A stretch of 64,000 nucleotides of DNA from Nemertoderma westbladi (lineage: Eukaryota > Animalia > Xenacoelomorpha), in contig JAUCBJ010001693.1 in assembly GCA_032718475.1 (NCBI GenBank), positions 1-64,000 of the forward strand, in the 5' to 3' direction. Below, piece by piece: positions 37,901-50,100 of this stretch; the stretch's first letter is position 1, and each line of letters starts with the position of its first letter. The translations under genes and the position numbers were made by a program. The notes beneath the pieces were generated by a model, which saw only the letters and a program-made list of their open reading frames with translations, was not told where the DNA came from and did no database searches.

Positions 37901-40900
37901 CGTCTCATCCTCAGATCCTACAGAATAGCTGTTAGCAGTACCGGACCTGGTGGTAGGCCTAAATATTGACGATCTGTACCCTCTCGAAAATTTGAATGAG
38001 CAAGATGACGCGATGTTTTCGGAGCTACTGACTCAGAAATCTTAGGATGATATATATCTGAATGCGTGGGCGGCATTAATAGAGTATTATCGTCGTAAGT
38101 AAACAACGATAACGCTGCTGATATTTTTTTCAAATAAAATAATATATTCGATATAAAAACATTACGGAAAACACTATTTTCCACTCATTTTCTTTAGCAA
38201 TATTCAGTTATTCTAACCTCGTGTGGACAGAATCGTTGTATTTCGCTAAATTGAAAATGAGTGAAAAAAGCGGTGTTTTCCGCTTACTTTTTTTTTTATC
38301 GAAAAATAGTCCTATATACTGACACCTCATTATACCAAGCGTCGCTTTGGTTGATCAACCTGTTCAACAACTTGTGCTATGGCAACAATTATAGCGATTT
38401 TATCCAATAGGAACCGACCTCTGGTTTAGACTCATCCACTGCCCTTCAACTTATGACCACCCTCAAGCGGTTCACACGCGAATCGGGGAAAACTGTTATA
38501 ACCAGTATCCATCAGCCTTCAAGTCAAATATTCGAGGTTGGTAGTTTTTCTATGTAACCCTTATTTACCCTTCAATTTTACACTTAAATATTTGAGTTGG
38601 GTAGTTTATACTATTTGGAGGCAGACACGTTCAAGTGTTATGGAGACATCAGCGAACGAGGATTATCCGTTTGTGTTGACTTTGATTTGTGTGTCCGTTT
38701 GTCTAATTGAGTAAGTCCAGTGGTAAGGCAACCCCGACAGTATAGTAAACCAGTAACAAACTGTATTAATGTATATCAAGGCGTCTTTTAATACTTTATT
38801 AAAGGACGCCTTGTCCTTTAATATAGGCCAGGTTCCACCTTGGTGTAGTGGTTGTATTGAATTCACATCTCCCGTAGGTCGTGGGTTCGATCCTCACATG
38901 GGCCAGGGCAGTTTTCGTTTCGGCACGAATGCTTTAAAGGGACCAGCCAGGCGCATCTCTCTGCCTTGCATCCTTAACCATTTAACGCCCATTGCACCTT
39001 AAATGGAACATGGTATATAGAGAGATATGGGCGGTTGCTGCTTTGAAAGAAACGTGATTTTTTTTTATATGAGTAAATTACATGTCAATTTCAAAACTGG
39101 AAATTGCCTGTTGAAAAGTGGTATTTTTGAAAAATTTAGGTGTCTTTTTGAATCTTAAAATTATGAGATGTGGGGTAGTCAAAAATTTTCCAAAATTAGC
39201 TTTCCTGTTGGCCTGAATGCTATGTTAATCTTTTTTTATCAGTTTCAGCTTTCAAATTGTTATTTAACAATGTTTAATACAGCAGTAAAGTGAAATGTTC
39301 CATTTAAGGTGCGTTGGGACTTCAAACTCTTTTTTTTACATTTTTTGAAAATTGCTTCATTTACTAACAGTTATAATTACTGTATAATTATGTTGCTATT
39401 ACGCATCATTTTATCTCGTTTAGCTGTCATACAGTCCACATTCTAGACCTGACTCGAATAAATTGCATTTCCTTGACCTGATTTTGATAAACTTTGTAAA
39501 AATGTGTGACACTCCTCGGGGTGGGCCACGATCTTACGCTCCCGATCTCAGTGAGGCCATGTCCTGTCCAGGTTTGCTGGGTGGTGGGGACAGGAAGAGC
39601 GGAGGTTGATGTCCTCTCGGGTTACTCTGCAGATGTGGACAGGGAGGTTAGGGCAGAATCTAGGTGTGTGTTGGCTGGTTGGTGGCCAAGGATGAGGGAA
39701 ACAAGGGGTCCAGCCTGGCAAACGGCGTCTACATTTGCAGCTGGTGCATGGTCAGTTGCCTTGTGCAGGCCTAGACCCCCCATAGCGGTTGGAAGGCATG
39801 CCTTGTTGTATGACCAGTCAGAGAGCGAACCTCCGACCAGGTCAGAAAAGGAGTCACGCATGATGAGGTCGAATTCCAAGGAATACTGCACTACCTGAGA
39901 TGGAGGGCAACAGCGCAGGGCGTAGATGACCTTGTGGTAAGCAGGAGCGGAGGAGGGCAGTTTACATCTGTGAGTCCTGCAGGTCTGGCAGGCATGCAAT
40001 TATGGCACGGACCTTTATTGATCCGTCCCATAACAGTATAAGGATCAGCATCAGTATATCAGAACAGCAGTACTTTTGTGCACAATCTACTTATTGATAC
40101 AAAAGTCGATAACTTGATAGGCCTAGTCTATGTAGTTTATATACTATACCTATAGGACTATAAACGGAACTCGATAAACCGAAAGTAAATCTGACAGAAC
40201 ATCCCGGTTTACATCATCTGATAAATGGCTACTGGAACCTATCTTAACAACAGTAACTTTTTTCCAGTTAGTTTATATCAGTAAGTACAGTATATCAGTG
40301 TTACACCTGCTTATCCATACTGTAGCTGAATAGCCTAACTAATTGCAGTAGCTTCTGAAAAATCAATGCCAGGGTCCTATATAATTTATGTAAGAACTTA
40401 TAAAGTTCTGAAAAGAGAATGCCTTTCCAACATTTAGAAAAAAATATGTGCTCTAATGCCCAACGCACCTTAAATGGAACATAGCTGTAACTTCTGAACA
40501 AACACTTTTTTTGCAAAAGTGTAAATGTAAAGTTTTTTTATTGGGCCATTTTGAGTTAGTTTCCAAAATATGAAACATTTTTGACATGGGGAAGTAGGTG
40601 TGGGCGTTAAACGGATAAGTGGTAGCTAAATGAGTACTGGAGTTTCCTCTGGGGAGTAAAGTTCTGGGGGGGGGGGGCCGCACTGGAAATAAGTCGTCAG
40701 ACTTTGTGCGTAATACCTGGCCTAGCGGCCGAAGAAAATTTACTTTACTTTACTTTATTTTGTCCAATACCATAACAGCTGTAATACTGGGCTGGCAGTG
40801 TGTGATCTAAATGTTTCAGTTCAGTACATTTTATTTGTTCCAGATGTTCGATAAACTGTTGTTGCTTAGCAATGGACAAGTGGCTTACTATGGACCCGGT

Positions 40901-41826
40901 GCAGAAATTATTGACTTCTTTAAAGATGTTGGTGTTCCTTGTAAAACCAATTACAATCCCGCCGACTTTATTAGTAAGTTTATTGAAAACATAACTCCCT
41001 TTTTTTGTACCCATACCCAGCAGCCAGTAAACTCTATTCAGTCGACACCAAACAGTGCGCTCCAGGCAACAGGAATGTCTGCGGGTTCCTTTGCTAACTG
41101 GACTCGACTACAACCTGGACAAGTTCATATCGGAGGTTGGTGGCAAGTGAACCCAATAGCGGTCGCTTCCATCACAACGCTCCGCTTGTGTATCCTCCAT
41201 AGTGTTCCAGATGAAAACATGAATATCTTTCCATTTTGCTTGTTTTTATACTGTGTAACTGTATTCTATCTATGAAACCGGGCCCACACACTGCCACTGA
41301 TGGATTATTTTCCTCAGCGTTTAGAAACGGTAAAGTTTGTGGAATAAGAAATAAATAAATTATAAAATGCTATGCAATAAATCTACTAAGTTCATACTTT
41401 GCAATTTGTAGTGGAACAACTACGAGAATCTAAAGAGGTAGAAACCACTATTGTTGAGGGTTTCAATAAGATTCGGGAGAAGGACCCGGAGCTAAAACTA
41501 CCGTCAGAAGGCGACGAGAATGTGAAAGTCGCTGTACTTCCAGAGGATAACACGGTTAGTGGGAAACTATTCAAGTGCAATGGACCCGTTTAGTGTTTGT
41601 ATAGGTATAGCAGGTATTGTTTGTTACACAAAATGTATTTACTATAATGTTGACTGTATTTACGTGTGTCTTTTATTTAGTAAATATTATTTTTTAATGA
41701 TAGGAACATAAATGGAAGGAATCGAAATGGCCGACTTCGTTTTGGACACAGTATTCAACCCTCACCAAGAGAGCGTTCAAACAGAATATCAAAGTTATTC
41801 TTGATAAATTCAATATTATTCAACAG
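16869..41826 (+). CDS. ABCG: ABC transporter subfamily G half-transporter, 5' part (11 exons; NBD and linker; continues beyond the window)
   Basis: join(16869-16976,18784-18825,20394-20533,20960-21096,22730-22902,24632-24737,32612-32712,38411-38536,40844-40973,41412-41554,41704-41826). All introns are GT-AG with compatible phases. Encodes Walker A, Q-loop, signature, Walker B, H-loop, NPADF and KWPTSFWTQ. Confidence 0.93.
17228..17851. repeat. Foldback (~290-bp arms) with tRNA-like outer ends
   Basis: 17228-17519 is the near-perfect reverse complement of 17582-17851. The ends carry A box TAGCTGAATGG and B box GTTCGATCC. Confidence 0.85.
18784..18825 (+). CDS. ABCG probable small exon 2
   Basis: ccag|GACCAA...CGTCAG|gtgagt, 42 nt, phase 0-0, [14 protein letters not shown]. 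Confidence 0.55.
19162..20120. repeat. 47-56-bp minisatellite (~19 copies) containing a donor-like AAG|GTAATT
   Basis: Unit gctgtggacaaggtaattaattagggtccggataatagggagagacaccca (51 bp) plus length variants. Confidence 0.95.
20394..20533 (+). CDS. ABCG exon 3
   Basis: ttag|ATTATT...GCTAATAG|gtaagt. Open frame [10 protein letters not shown]...[16 protein letters not shown]. Phase-2 end matches the next exon. Confidence 0.75.
20960..21096 (+). CDS. ABCG exon 4 (start of NBD)
   Basis: ttcag|[37 protein letters not shown]|gtaagt. Confidence 0.95.
21075..21566. repeat. 28-bp tandem array of the exon-4 end plus 5' splice site (~17 copies; degenerate copies also at 22626-22680)
   Basis: Unit gtaagtatttgggttatgggaccaagtg. 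Confidence 0.95.
21624..22617. mobile_element. hAT-type MITE
   Basis: TIRs caggcccgtagccag / ctggctacggcactg and 8-bp TSD attccaac (21616-21623, 22618-22625). Confidence 0.8.
22730..22902 (+). CDS. ABCG exon 5 (Walker A, Q-loop)
   Basis: cctag|GT GCC GGT AAG ACG gives [13 protein letters not shown]...[20 protein letters not shown]|gtaaga. Confidence 0.97.
23137..24335. mobile_element. Non-autonomous MULE-like element with an internal 53-bp tandem array (23515-24095)
   Basis: TIR cores gtaaaacgcggatcc / ggatccgcgttttac and 9-bp TSD gtgattttt (23128-23136, 24336-24344). The internal repeat contains the TIR motif atccgcgttttacac. Confidence 0.85.
24632..24737 (+). CDS. ABCG exon 6
   Basis: cttag|[36 protein letters not shown]|gtaagt. 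Confidence 0.95.
24688..32541. repeat. 56-bp tandem array of the exon-6 end plus 5' splice site (~140 copies, ~7.85 kb)
   Basis: Unit gtaagttgttaactgtatcatcgatagcttggatctgggtctctgtagaaacacaa. The first copy is coding sequence. Confidence 0.99.
32612..32712 (+). CDS. ABCG exon 7 (signature, Walker B)
   Basis: ttcag|..[33 protein letters not shown]|gtgagt. Confidence 0.97.
32906..38314. mobile_element. Non-autonomous DNA element with ~270-bp imperfect TIRs enclosing a satellite and nested elements
   Basis: taggactattattcgataaaaaaaaagtaagcg... is the reverse complement of ...cgcttacttttttttttatcgaaaaatagtccta. Subterminal hairpin at 32985-33092. Confidence 0.75.
33799..36845. repeat. 24-bp minisatellite, ~120 copies, two alleles (G/T at one position)
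   Basis: Unit taactatt[g/t]acatacttgttgcaa. Degenerates after 36690 into a hairpin at 36833-36971. Confidence 0.99.
38411..38536 (+). CDS. ABCG exon 8 (D-loop, H-loop)
   Basis: atag|[42 protein letters not shown]|gttggt. Confidence 0.97.
38832..38915 (+). mobile_element. tRNA-derived SINE-like head
   Basis: A box TGGTGTAGTGG and B box GGTTCGATCC, with no intact cloverleaf. Confidence 0.5.
38988..39318. mobile_element. MITE (a further terminus copy lies at ~40459)
   Basis: TIRs cccattgcaccttaaatggaaca / tgttccatttaaggtgcgttggg. Confidence 0.65.
39505..40000 (-). mobile_element. Fragment of an RLE-type (CRE-like) non-LTR retrotransposon
   Basis: [12 protein letters not shown]....LVG..LSD.SY.KACLP..MGGLGL..A.DHAPAA, a post-RT thumb motif. 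GC-richer than the flanks. Confidence 0.7.
40844..40973 (+). CDS. ABCG exon 9
   Basis: ccag|[44 protein letters not shown]|gtaagt. Confidence 0.97.
41412..41554 (+). CDS. ABCG exon 10 (linker)
   Basis: gtag|[19 protein letters not shown]...VLPEDNT|gttagt; phases fit. Confidence 0.85.
41704..41826 (+). CDS. ABCG exon 11 (pre-TM1)
   Basis: atag|[41 protein letters not shown]|gtaagt. Confidence 0.93.
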
Positions 41827-41910
41827 GTAAGTCACTTCTCCAGACAATCTCTGCAAAACGTAACACCTTCTTATCTTTATTTTAATTACCAATGAATAAC
41901 AAATTATATA

Positions 41911-42816
41911 CACCATGACCCGTAATATAGTGTCATTTTCTGATGACACGGACCCCCCCCCCCCCATATTTTTCTACAAATCTTTATCATATTGCTTGAA
42001 ATTAGAAACACAACTAGTTCAACTCACCGTCGTTGTTACAATGAAGCTGGAATTTTCGATTTCGCCTTTAAATTTTTTTATAAGCGTTTTAAAAAAGTGT
42101 CTTTTGCGAAATCGCACCCTCTGTATCATTGCCATTCTTCACTTTAGTCGTAATTTTTGTCACATCAATAGAAAGCTTGCGTTGCAAGGATTTCAAATAT
42201 GTAACAATATCTGAATTTCATTGAGAAACAGCTGAGATATAGGCGTTCGAAGATTGCAAGAATTATTGTTCGCTGCAGGCCATTTATTCTATTTAATAAA
42301 TACACAATATTCTAGAACAATTTGTTTATGTATGATTAGCTAGGCAATATAGATATTGTATAGGCATACCGCTGTTGCCTACCAACTCATAAAATAAATA
42401 ACACATTCTAGAATTTTGTGTATTTATTAAATAGAATAAATGGCCTCCAGCGAACAATAATTCTTGCAATCTTTGAATGCCTATTTCTCAGCTGTTTCTC
42501 AATGAAATTCAGATATTGTTACATATTTCGAATCCTTGCAACGCAAGCTTTCTATTGATGTGAAAAAATTACGACTAAAGTGAAGAATGGCAATGATACA
42601 GAGGGTGCGATTTCGCAAAAGACACTTTTTTAAAACGCTTATAAATAAAATTTAAAGGCGAAATCGAAAATTCCGGCTTCATGGTAACAACCACGGTGAG
42701 TTGAACTAGTTGTGTTTCAAATTTAATATGATAAAGATTTGTAGAAAAATCTGGGGGGGGGGGGGGGGGGGGGGTCCGTGTCATCAGAAAATGTCACTAT
42801 ATTACGGGTCTTGGTG
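41911..42816. mobile_element. Foldback MITE with ~400-bp arms, TA-flanked (Tc1/mariner-type)
   Basis: ta|caccatgacccgtaatatagtg ... cactatattacgggtcttggtg|ta; the arms are near-perfect reverse complements. Confidence 0.85.
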
Positions 42817-42867
42817 TAATTCTTCAATAATATAGTGTTATTCTATAAAATAATAAATTCTCTCATA

Positions 42868-43548
42868 CACCATGTCCTGCAATATAGTGTCTTTATTACA
42901 AAAACACAAATCTTAGTGAGATTGCATGAAATTTGAAACAGAGATAGTTTCCCCTCCCGGCCACTGACTGGATGAGCCAGAATTTTTATTTTTTGATTTC
43001 AATCTTTAACTACAAGCGTTTAAAAAAAGTGTCTCCAGCGATATTACACCAGTTACACCGCAGTTATTCTTCTACCTTATAGCTGTTTGTTGGTACCAAT
43101 GGAAAGCTGGCCCTGCAAGGATTTCAAATATGTAACACAATTTGAATTTCGTTGAAAAATAGCTGAGATACGAGCGTTCAAATGTTGCATGGTTTTGCAC
43201 CTGCACGAGGGTATTTTATTCTATTAATAAATAAACCATATTCTGGAACACGTTTTGAATGTATAAATAGCTAATTATAGTTAATTAGTTAGTTATTTAT
43301 TGTCCCATGGGACCAATATAAACACACATCAAAACAAAACAAAAAACAAGTCAGGACAACCAGTACCTATAATGCTTAACGTTTGCGTATCAGTGCTTAA
43401 TAAGAGTATGATTAATAAGAGTATGATAATACTGTAGTATGTTTTTATAATAGTATAGTGGCCATGGTATTCCAGATTATGATGCATTTATTAAATAGAA
43501 TAAAACACCCTCGTGCAGGTGCATAACCATGCAACATTTGAACGCCCA
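42868..43548. mobile_element. Related foldback MITE with truncated right arm
   Basis: Starts caccatgtcctgcaatatagtg. 43172-43250 is the inverse of 43467-43546. Cut by the next element. Confidence 0.7.
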
Positions 43549-43549
43549 T

Positions 43550-45559
43550 GGCGAGTGTGAATATAACTTTAAGATAAATTGTATCTAATTATTTTAGACC
43601 ATATATTAATATTTTAATAATTTATAAATTTTAGATTCCGTGCAATTTAATATATAATTACAGCACTTAGGTTTTTACCATTTACCCCGACTGGGGGGTG
43701 TCCAGATTAATTAATAAATTAATAATAAGATTAATCGTAAATATATTTACGTACGATATTGTTCGTAAAAACAAAATATTTTTACTGCACTGTGAATAAA
43801 AGCATTTATGATTAATCGTACGATTTTTACGATTAATCGTATTTTATGACGAAAATTAAAATAAGCTGATGTGAATAAAATTTTACGAACGATCGTTGTC
43901 GTAAATATTGATCGTACGTATTAGAAATCGTTCGTATATTTACGGCAACTCACATTTGTGTCGTAGCTTAAATAAAGCAAAGTAATTGGCTAATATTAAT
44001 ATGTTTTAATAAATGTGGCCATTTTTGTATTTTTTAAACAAGTTTAGCTTTTTTATGGTAATTTCTACAATAATTTATTAATCATTAGAACATTATTTTC
44101 TAATTACGTACATGTCATTCGGATGGGAACCAGTCAAGCTGGCAATATATTTGCGATAGTGGAATAAAAAATATAAAAAATGCAACACACAACATGCAAT
44201 CGAACAAACAATGTAACTCAAACTTGAATATAAAATAACATCAACAACTAGAGTCCATAATACTCCTGCACTCGAGCTCGCTTCTGTGAAAAACTAAGAG
44301 AGTTTAATTGCAAAGGTTGTGGTAATAAAATCAGCATTAGTTACGTCAATTTGCTTCGGCGCCCCACAGAAATGCAGAATTGTACAGACTTTATTGAGTA
44401 ATTAGAGGTCGATATAGAGAACAGCCGGGGTAGCGCATTACAGTATTTAAGTAACATTATTTTACTTATTTTACTTTTTTCGCTCGAATTACCCGATAAT
44501 CGGGAGATAAAAGAACTTATTTTTTCATTGAGGGAGTAGCCACCCTAGAGTCAAAGTTTCAGATATTTGTTTTTTTTATTCATCTAGAGTAGAATTTAAT
44601 GAGAATTTAATTTAATTTCAAATCTTAAAACGGCTTAGTAGAGATATATAATTTAATTCCAGAGTAATCGTGGAATCTCTGCCTCCTATGAATCTGACCG
44701 TCACAATGTATGACGGTCAGGCAGACAATCCGACTGACAGACAGAGTAGATTAAATTAGACTAGATAATAATTGGAGGAAGCTCTATTCTTAGACATTCT
44801 GAAACTGATTAAAAATCAAACGTTTTCTAAAATTACAGGGGTTTCTATCTATTCTAGCTCTTACAGCATATTTTATGATATGCTTAAAAAATGTAAATTA
44901 GGATGAATGACTGGGGTGGGTATGAAACTTCTGTAGGACAAGACATGGATTATTTATATTCCTAGCCAGCCAGCCTGCATTCCATGCCTATTACTGTAGA
45001 GTCTGTTATTTTTATTTATTGTTTTCGTTCTCAGTAGTGAACGACCGGGGGTACAAAATCGACGGGGGTCGGGGCCGGGGGAATTGCTTTAGGCCGGGGC
45101 CGGGTATTAAAAAATAAATTTACAACACAACAATTCAAATTACTGTACAATAACATAAAAAAATTACTGGAAATAAAATGAATAATTTAATTTTATAGTG
45201 TAGGTAGGGTTGGGTGGGGTTAAAGACAGTTTTAGTCTAGGGTTGTGATTTCCGAATTACTAACTAACTCCGAATAACTGAGTCTCGTGCTGCGCGACGA
45301 GCGTGCAATGTTGTTGTCACGGACACGGCGTAATTTCAACCTACGATTGATCTTAAATTATTTACGATTAATCGTAGTGAAGATACGTTTTATTCACAAT
45401 AGCAATACGATTAATCTTTCTCACGATTAATCGTCAAATTTCTACGATCAATCTTGACAACGTGCGATTTTATTCACATCAAACATACGATTAATCGTAA
45501 AAATAGTACAAATTAGATCGTACGATGGCGATTAATTGTGAGTTTTATTCACACTCGCC
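43550..45559. mobile_element. Non-autonomous TIR element (possibly PIF/Harbinger-like)
   Basis: 14-bp TIR ggcgagtgtgaata / tattcacactcgcc, with many subterminal (ac)gattaatcgt palindromes at both ends. No clear TSD. Confidence 0.7.
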
Positions 45560-45860
45560 CTGGATATAGGGAATATGGAATGAAAATAATCCCGTTAACA
45601 GAATAAATACGCCTTTAATTTTTACAGGTATTGAAAATCACCCACCTAAATTATGTTGTATATTACATCCAATCAAGAACCTTTAATATAATTTAACCAA
45701 TGGACAACAGATTCTAGAATTTAATCTTCATATTATATAAATAACAAAAACGTCGATAAAACTTGTCATACGCAAAACACTAATGATTTAAGTTGCACAA
45801 AGTTTTATTAGGATAAATAAATAATAGAAACAGTACTGGTGATTAGGTTCCATTGCTGTG

Positions 45861-46277
45861 ATGGCTTACAATGAGAGTGAAAATGGCGTGTTGGGTGAGG
45901 ATGAGTTACTGAGTTGGGCCTTAGAGGAAGATAGAAAGAAGGATATTGTGAGTAGATCAACCAGCAGAAAAGATATGGAGAAACGGAGACGAAAGAAACG
46001 GAAGGGAAGTAAGAAGGGAAAGAAGAAGGGAAAGAAGAGCAGGTCTAGGAGTCGCCGAGGTAAAGGAAGTCGGTCTAGAAGTCGTAGAGGAAAGGGGAAG
46101 AAAGGAAAGAAGATGAAGGGAAGATCGAAAAGTCGGGGGAAGAAAGGAGTAGGGAAGTCTCGATCAAGGGGCCTTGGAAGAAGAGCCGATGGGAAAAGTC
46201 TTGCCAGTCAGGGAAAACTTGATCCTTGCAGCAAGTTTATGAAGAAGTTGGCAAAAGAGGATATGAAACTGAACTAA
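45861..46277 (+). CDS. Protamine-like / sperm nuclear basic protein candidate, copy 1 (138 aa, intronless)
   Basis: Acidic ~27-aa leader, then a K/R/S/G-rich body with SRSRSRRGKG repeats. CCAAT x2 and TATAAA upstream (45669-45742); AATAAA near 46486. Confidence 0.7.
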   Translation: MAYNESENGVLGEDELLSWALEEDRKKDIVSRSTSRKDMEKRRRKKRKGSKKGKKKGKKSRSRSRRGKGSRSRSRRGKGKKGKKMKGRSKSRGKKGVGKSRSRGLGRRADGKSLASQGKLDPCSKFMKKLAKEDMKLN

Positions 46278-46333
46278 TTAATCCTGTAAACTGATATTTT
46301 CCTGCCTCGCGGTCAACTATTTTATTGATAAAG

Positions 46334-46407
46334 CGTTACTAATAATATATTATTTAATGAATTAAGATTTTAATCTTAATTCATTAAATAATATATTCTT
46401 AGTAACG
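46334..46407. repeat. Near-perfect 74-bp AT-rich hairpin 3' of the protamine-like gene
   Basis: cgttactaataatatattatttaatgaattaagatt-tt-aatcttaattcattaaataatatattcttagtaacg. Confidence 0.85.
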
Positions 46408-47119
46408 GTCCTACTGTTATCTGTCAATTACTTTATCTTTCATGCAATGATTATAAATATTATCCTACATGCCCATAACTAAAGAAATAAATTTACTCAA
46501 GAAATTCCAGAAACATGTTGCATTTCTATAACTGCTTGTAAGCCAACATATTATTATAATGTTAACTTTACTTCACCGTAGAAGTAAGTTTCGAACGCCC
46601 ATAGCTATTTATTATATTATATATTTTTAAAAACTGCCATCTCGAAAATGCTCCAGTTGCACCGCAGTTATTCTTTAACCTAATTGATTTGGTACCAATG
46701 GAAAGCTGGCCATGCAAGGATTCCAAATAATAATGTAAAAACATTTGAATTTGGTTGGGTGCAGAGAGATGTACTTTTTCGAATTTGTAATGCCAAATTT
46801 GTGGGAAGATCTGTGGATACCTCAATGTGTGACTATTCCACAATAGTTTATTTTATCGGGGTAGTTCGTACTTTAGATAGTATATGTTGGAATTGACTGA
46901 GCATACCAATAGTTCTTACTCGCGAAGTTAGTTCTTTGTCTTGATAGGCATACGGCCCCTGGATATAGTGAATATGGAATGAAAATAATCCCGTTAACAG
47001 AATAAATACGCCTTTGATTTTTACAGGTATTGAAAATCACCCACCTAAATTATGTTGTATATTACATCCATTCAAGAACCTTTAATATAATTTAACCAAT
47101 GGACAACAGATTCTAGAAT

Positions 47120-50100
47120 CCGACCACGACGGAATGCCGTACCAATCGGTGAGCGGGTGAATTGACGTCATTCGCCTACCGTACCGACCAGGGGCGGACC
47201 CAAGGTTATTGGACATGGACACGGACATGTATCAATGTGGAACTCTGCGCCCCCGGTCCCAAATGCGCCCGTGGCCCCCGCCGCGGCCTCGAATGCGCCC
47301 GTGGCCCCCGCCGTGGCCCCGAATGCGCCCGTGGCCCCCGCCGCGGCCCCGAATGCGCCCGTGGCCCCTGCCGCGGCCCCGAATGCGCCCGTGGCCCCCG
47401 TCACGGCCCCGAATGCGCCCGTGGCCCCCGCCGCGGCCCCGAATGCGCCTGTGGCCCACGCCGCGGCCCCTAATGCGCCCGTGGCCCACGCCGCGGCCCC
47501 GAATGCGCCCATGGCCCCCGCCGCGGCCCCGAATGCGCCCGTGGCCCCCGCCGCGTCCCCGAATGCGCCCGTGGCCCCCGCCACGGCCCCGAATGCGCGC
47601 GTGGCCATTTCATGTAAAGGTTGCAGGAAAGTTTACCGTTACCCAGCTAGCCTTACAAAGCATCAGATTTTGTGTCCGCGGTTCAAAGCTGCTGATAACT
47701 TAGAACTGCTGTCACAGCTCCCTTTTTCCTTGCCAAATACACTGCCAAAAATAGGTGCTGATGCGAACAGCTTATCATTCATATCCTGGAACGTGGAGGG
47801 AGCAGAGACCACATTGGACACGACCATCGATGAAACTTTTACCAACACAGACGTTCTGTTACTCACTGAGACTTTTATGGAAGACCTCGTTATTGATGGG
47901 TATGCTTGCTACAATGTCCCTTGTGAAAAACAAGACCATGGCCGTCCAACGGGTGGTCTAACCATAGGAATCAACTCTCGGCTATCATTCGTGCATAAAT
48001 GTTTATTCTCTAGCCCGTCAATAATAGCCGTGCAATGCCCGAATTTCCATATTATTTTAGCTTATTTTAAACCTGTGACCGATGTAACCGAGATACTATT
48101 GGAGCTCAACGACGTGGTACAGTTGGTGTTGTTTAAAGCAAACATTCCCGTGATTTTAGCTGGCGATTTTAATTGCCGGATAGATGGCGACAGTACGCGT
48201 GGTGATCTGTTATGTGACTCTCTATTGGGTCTCAATCTCGTATCAATCTCAGACCCTAAATTGCCGACTTATATCTGTTGGAATGGAACTAGTGTTATCG
48301 ATCTTGTGTTTGCCAGTACCAATATCTTAGATTATATCAACACCGCAGTAATACATACAATCAATACTAAACACCAGCGCGTCAATATCAATCTATCAAT
48401 GGAACATATTAATTCTGTTGGAATTGGAACACGAGATAAACGCCCTGAGACAATCCGTAACATCGATACGGACAAACTAGGTGAATTACTCGACCCGGAA
48501 ATCTTTGCAAATGCATTGGCTGACAGTGTCGATTCGGCATGCAAACATGTATCCGATGCAATTACTCAGTCTGCAATAAACCGCCCACAAAGGAAATCAA
48601 AGCCATGGTTTAACAAATCCTGTTATAATCTTATGTCCCAGGTTAAACAACATCGTAGTTTAATAAACAGCGACTCATCGGATACCCAACTGGAAGCATA
48701 CAGAACCATTCAGAAGGAATATAAATCAACTATGAAAGCGAATAAAAAGTTATACTCAATACGGCGTGAGTCGAATATAATTAAACGTTGTGAATCAGAC
48801 CAAAAGGAATTCTGGAACATATTGAAAACTCGGAAAGAAACATCAGTGTCCCACCAGGTGACTAATGAGAGCTGGTTCAACCATTTCACATCTCTGCTTA
48901 CAAGACCAAATCCACCTCAGCTTCCTGAAGTCGATAATAACTATGAAGATTACCTTGATACCACAATAACGGGGGAAGAAGTAACTGCAGCTGTAGCAAG
49001 CCAGAAGTCGGGAAAGGCTGCTGGCCCAGACGGTATCACTAATGATATACTGAAAAAAGGGTTCGGCCATCTGTTCCCTTTTCTGTTCGCGTTATTCGCT
49101 GTATGCTTCTCGAAAGCAACCTGCCCTATAGCATGGCTAACCTCAATAATTATTCCATTGTATAAGGGAAAAGGCCCAAAGTCTTCGCCGGATGCATACC
49201 GCGGGATCGCACTGTTATCTTGTTTATTTAAAACGTATACCTCAATCCTATTCAAACGGTTATATACATGGGCCGAGACATATAATAAACTTCCAGACGA
49301 ACAGTATGGTTTCCGTACTGGCCGATCCACATTAGACGCTGTACGCAAATTATACAGTTACATATCTAACTCATTGCCATCGGGTAGTCCAGTGTATTGT
49401 GTCTTTGTGGATTTCACAAAGGCATTCGACTCTGTTAACAGGGTCAAATTAGCCTATAAATTATCCAAACTTGGAGTAAGTCGAATATTTATCTCAGCAA
49501 TATGGGCTTTAATAGCTACAAACTGCATTCGCATTTGTGTAGGATTGTATCTATCAGACCCAATTTTTCAGATGATCGGTGTAATACAAGGTGACAAGTT
49601 GTCGCCGCTACTTTTTAGCTTGTTCATTGCTGACCTGCCTCTAGTTCTGACCGGTATTGGTATTGGTCTACTCCTTTATGCCGATGACCTAGCTATCTAT
49701 GGAAATTCGATTAATTCGGTGCAAAAAACTTTAGACAAACTCTACAAATATTGTGATGAAAATGACTTACATGTAAATTTGTCCAAAACTAAGGTAGTGA
49801 AGTTCCGCCGTGGTGGACGCTTGTCAAAGCAAGATAAACTTTTTTATAACAACAAATCATTGGAATTTATTAACAATTTTAATTACTTAGGAGTAGTGTT
49901 TACAACTACAAACAAATCATCAGGCCATTACAAACACTTATATAAACGTGGTGTTGCCTCGTGCATGCGACTAGCCTGCATAGTTGATATGCATTCGATA
50001 TCGTACCCCTCTGCTCAAAAATTATGGTCCCTGGTGGTGTTTCCCGCTGTTACCTACGGCATATCTGTATTCCAGAACTTAACAAAGGAACAACAGAAAC

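Noticed and set aside
47162-47703. Alternative-frame and antisense ORFs ([26 protein letters not shown])
   Set aside because: Shadows of the 30-bp GC-rich repeat in the LINE ORF.
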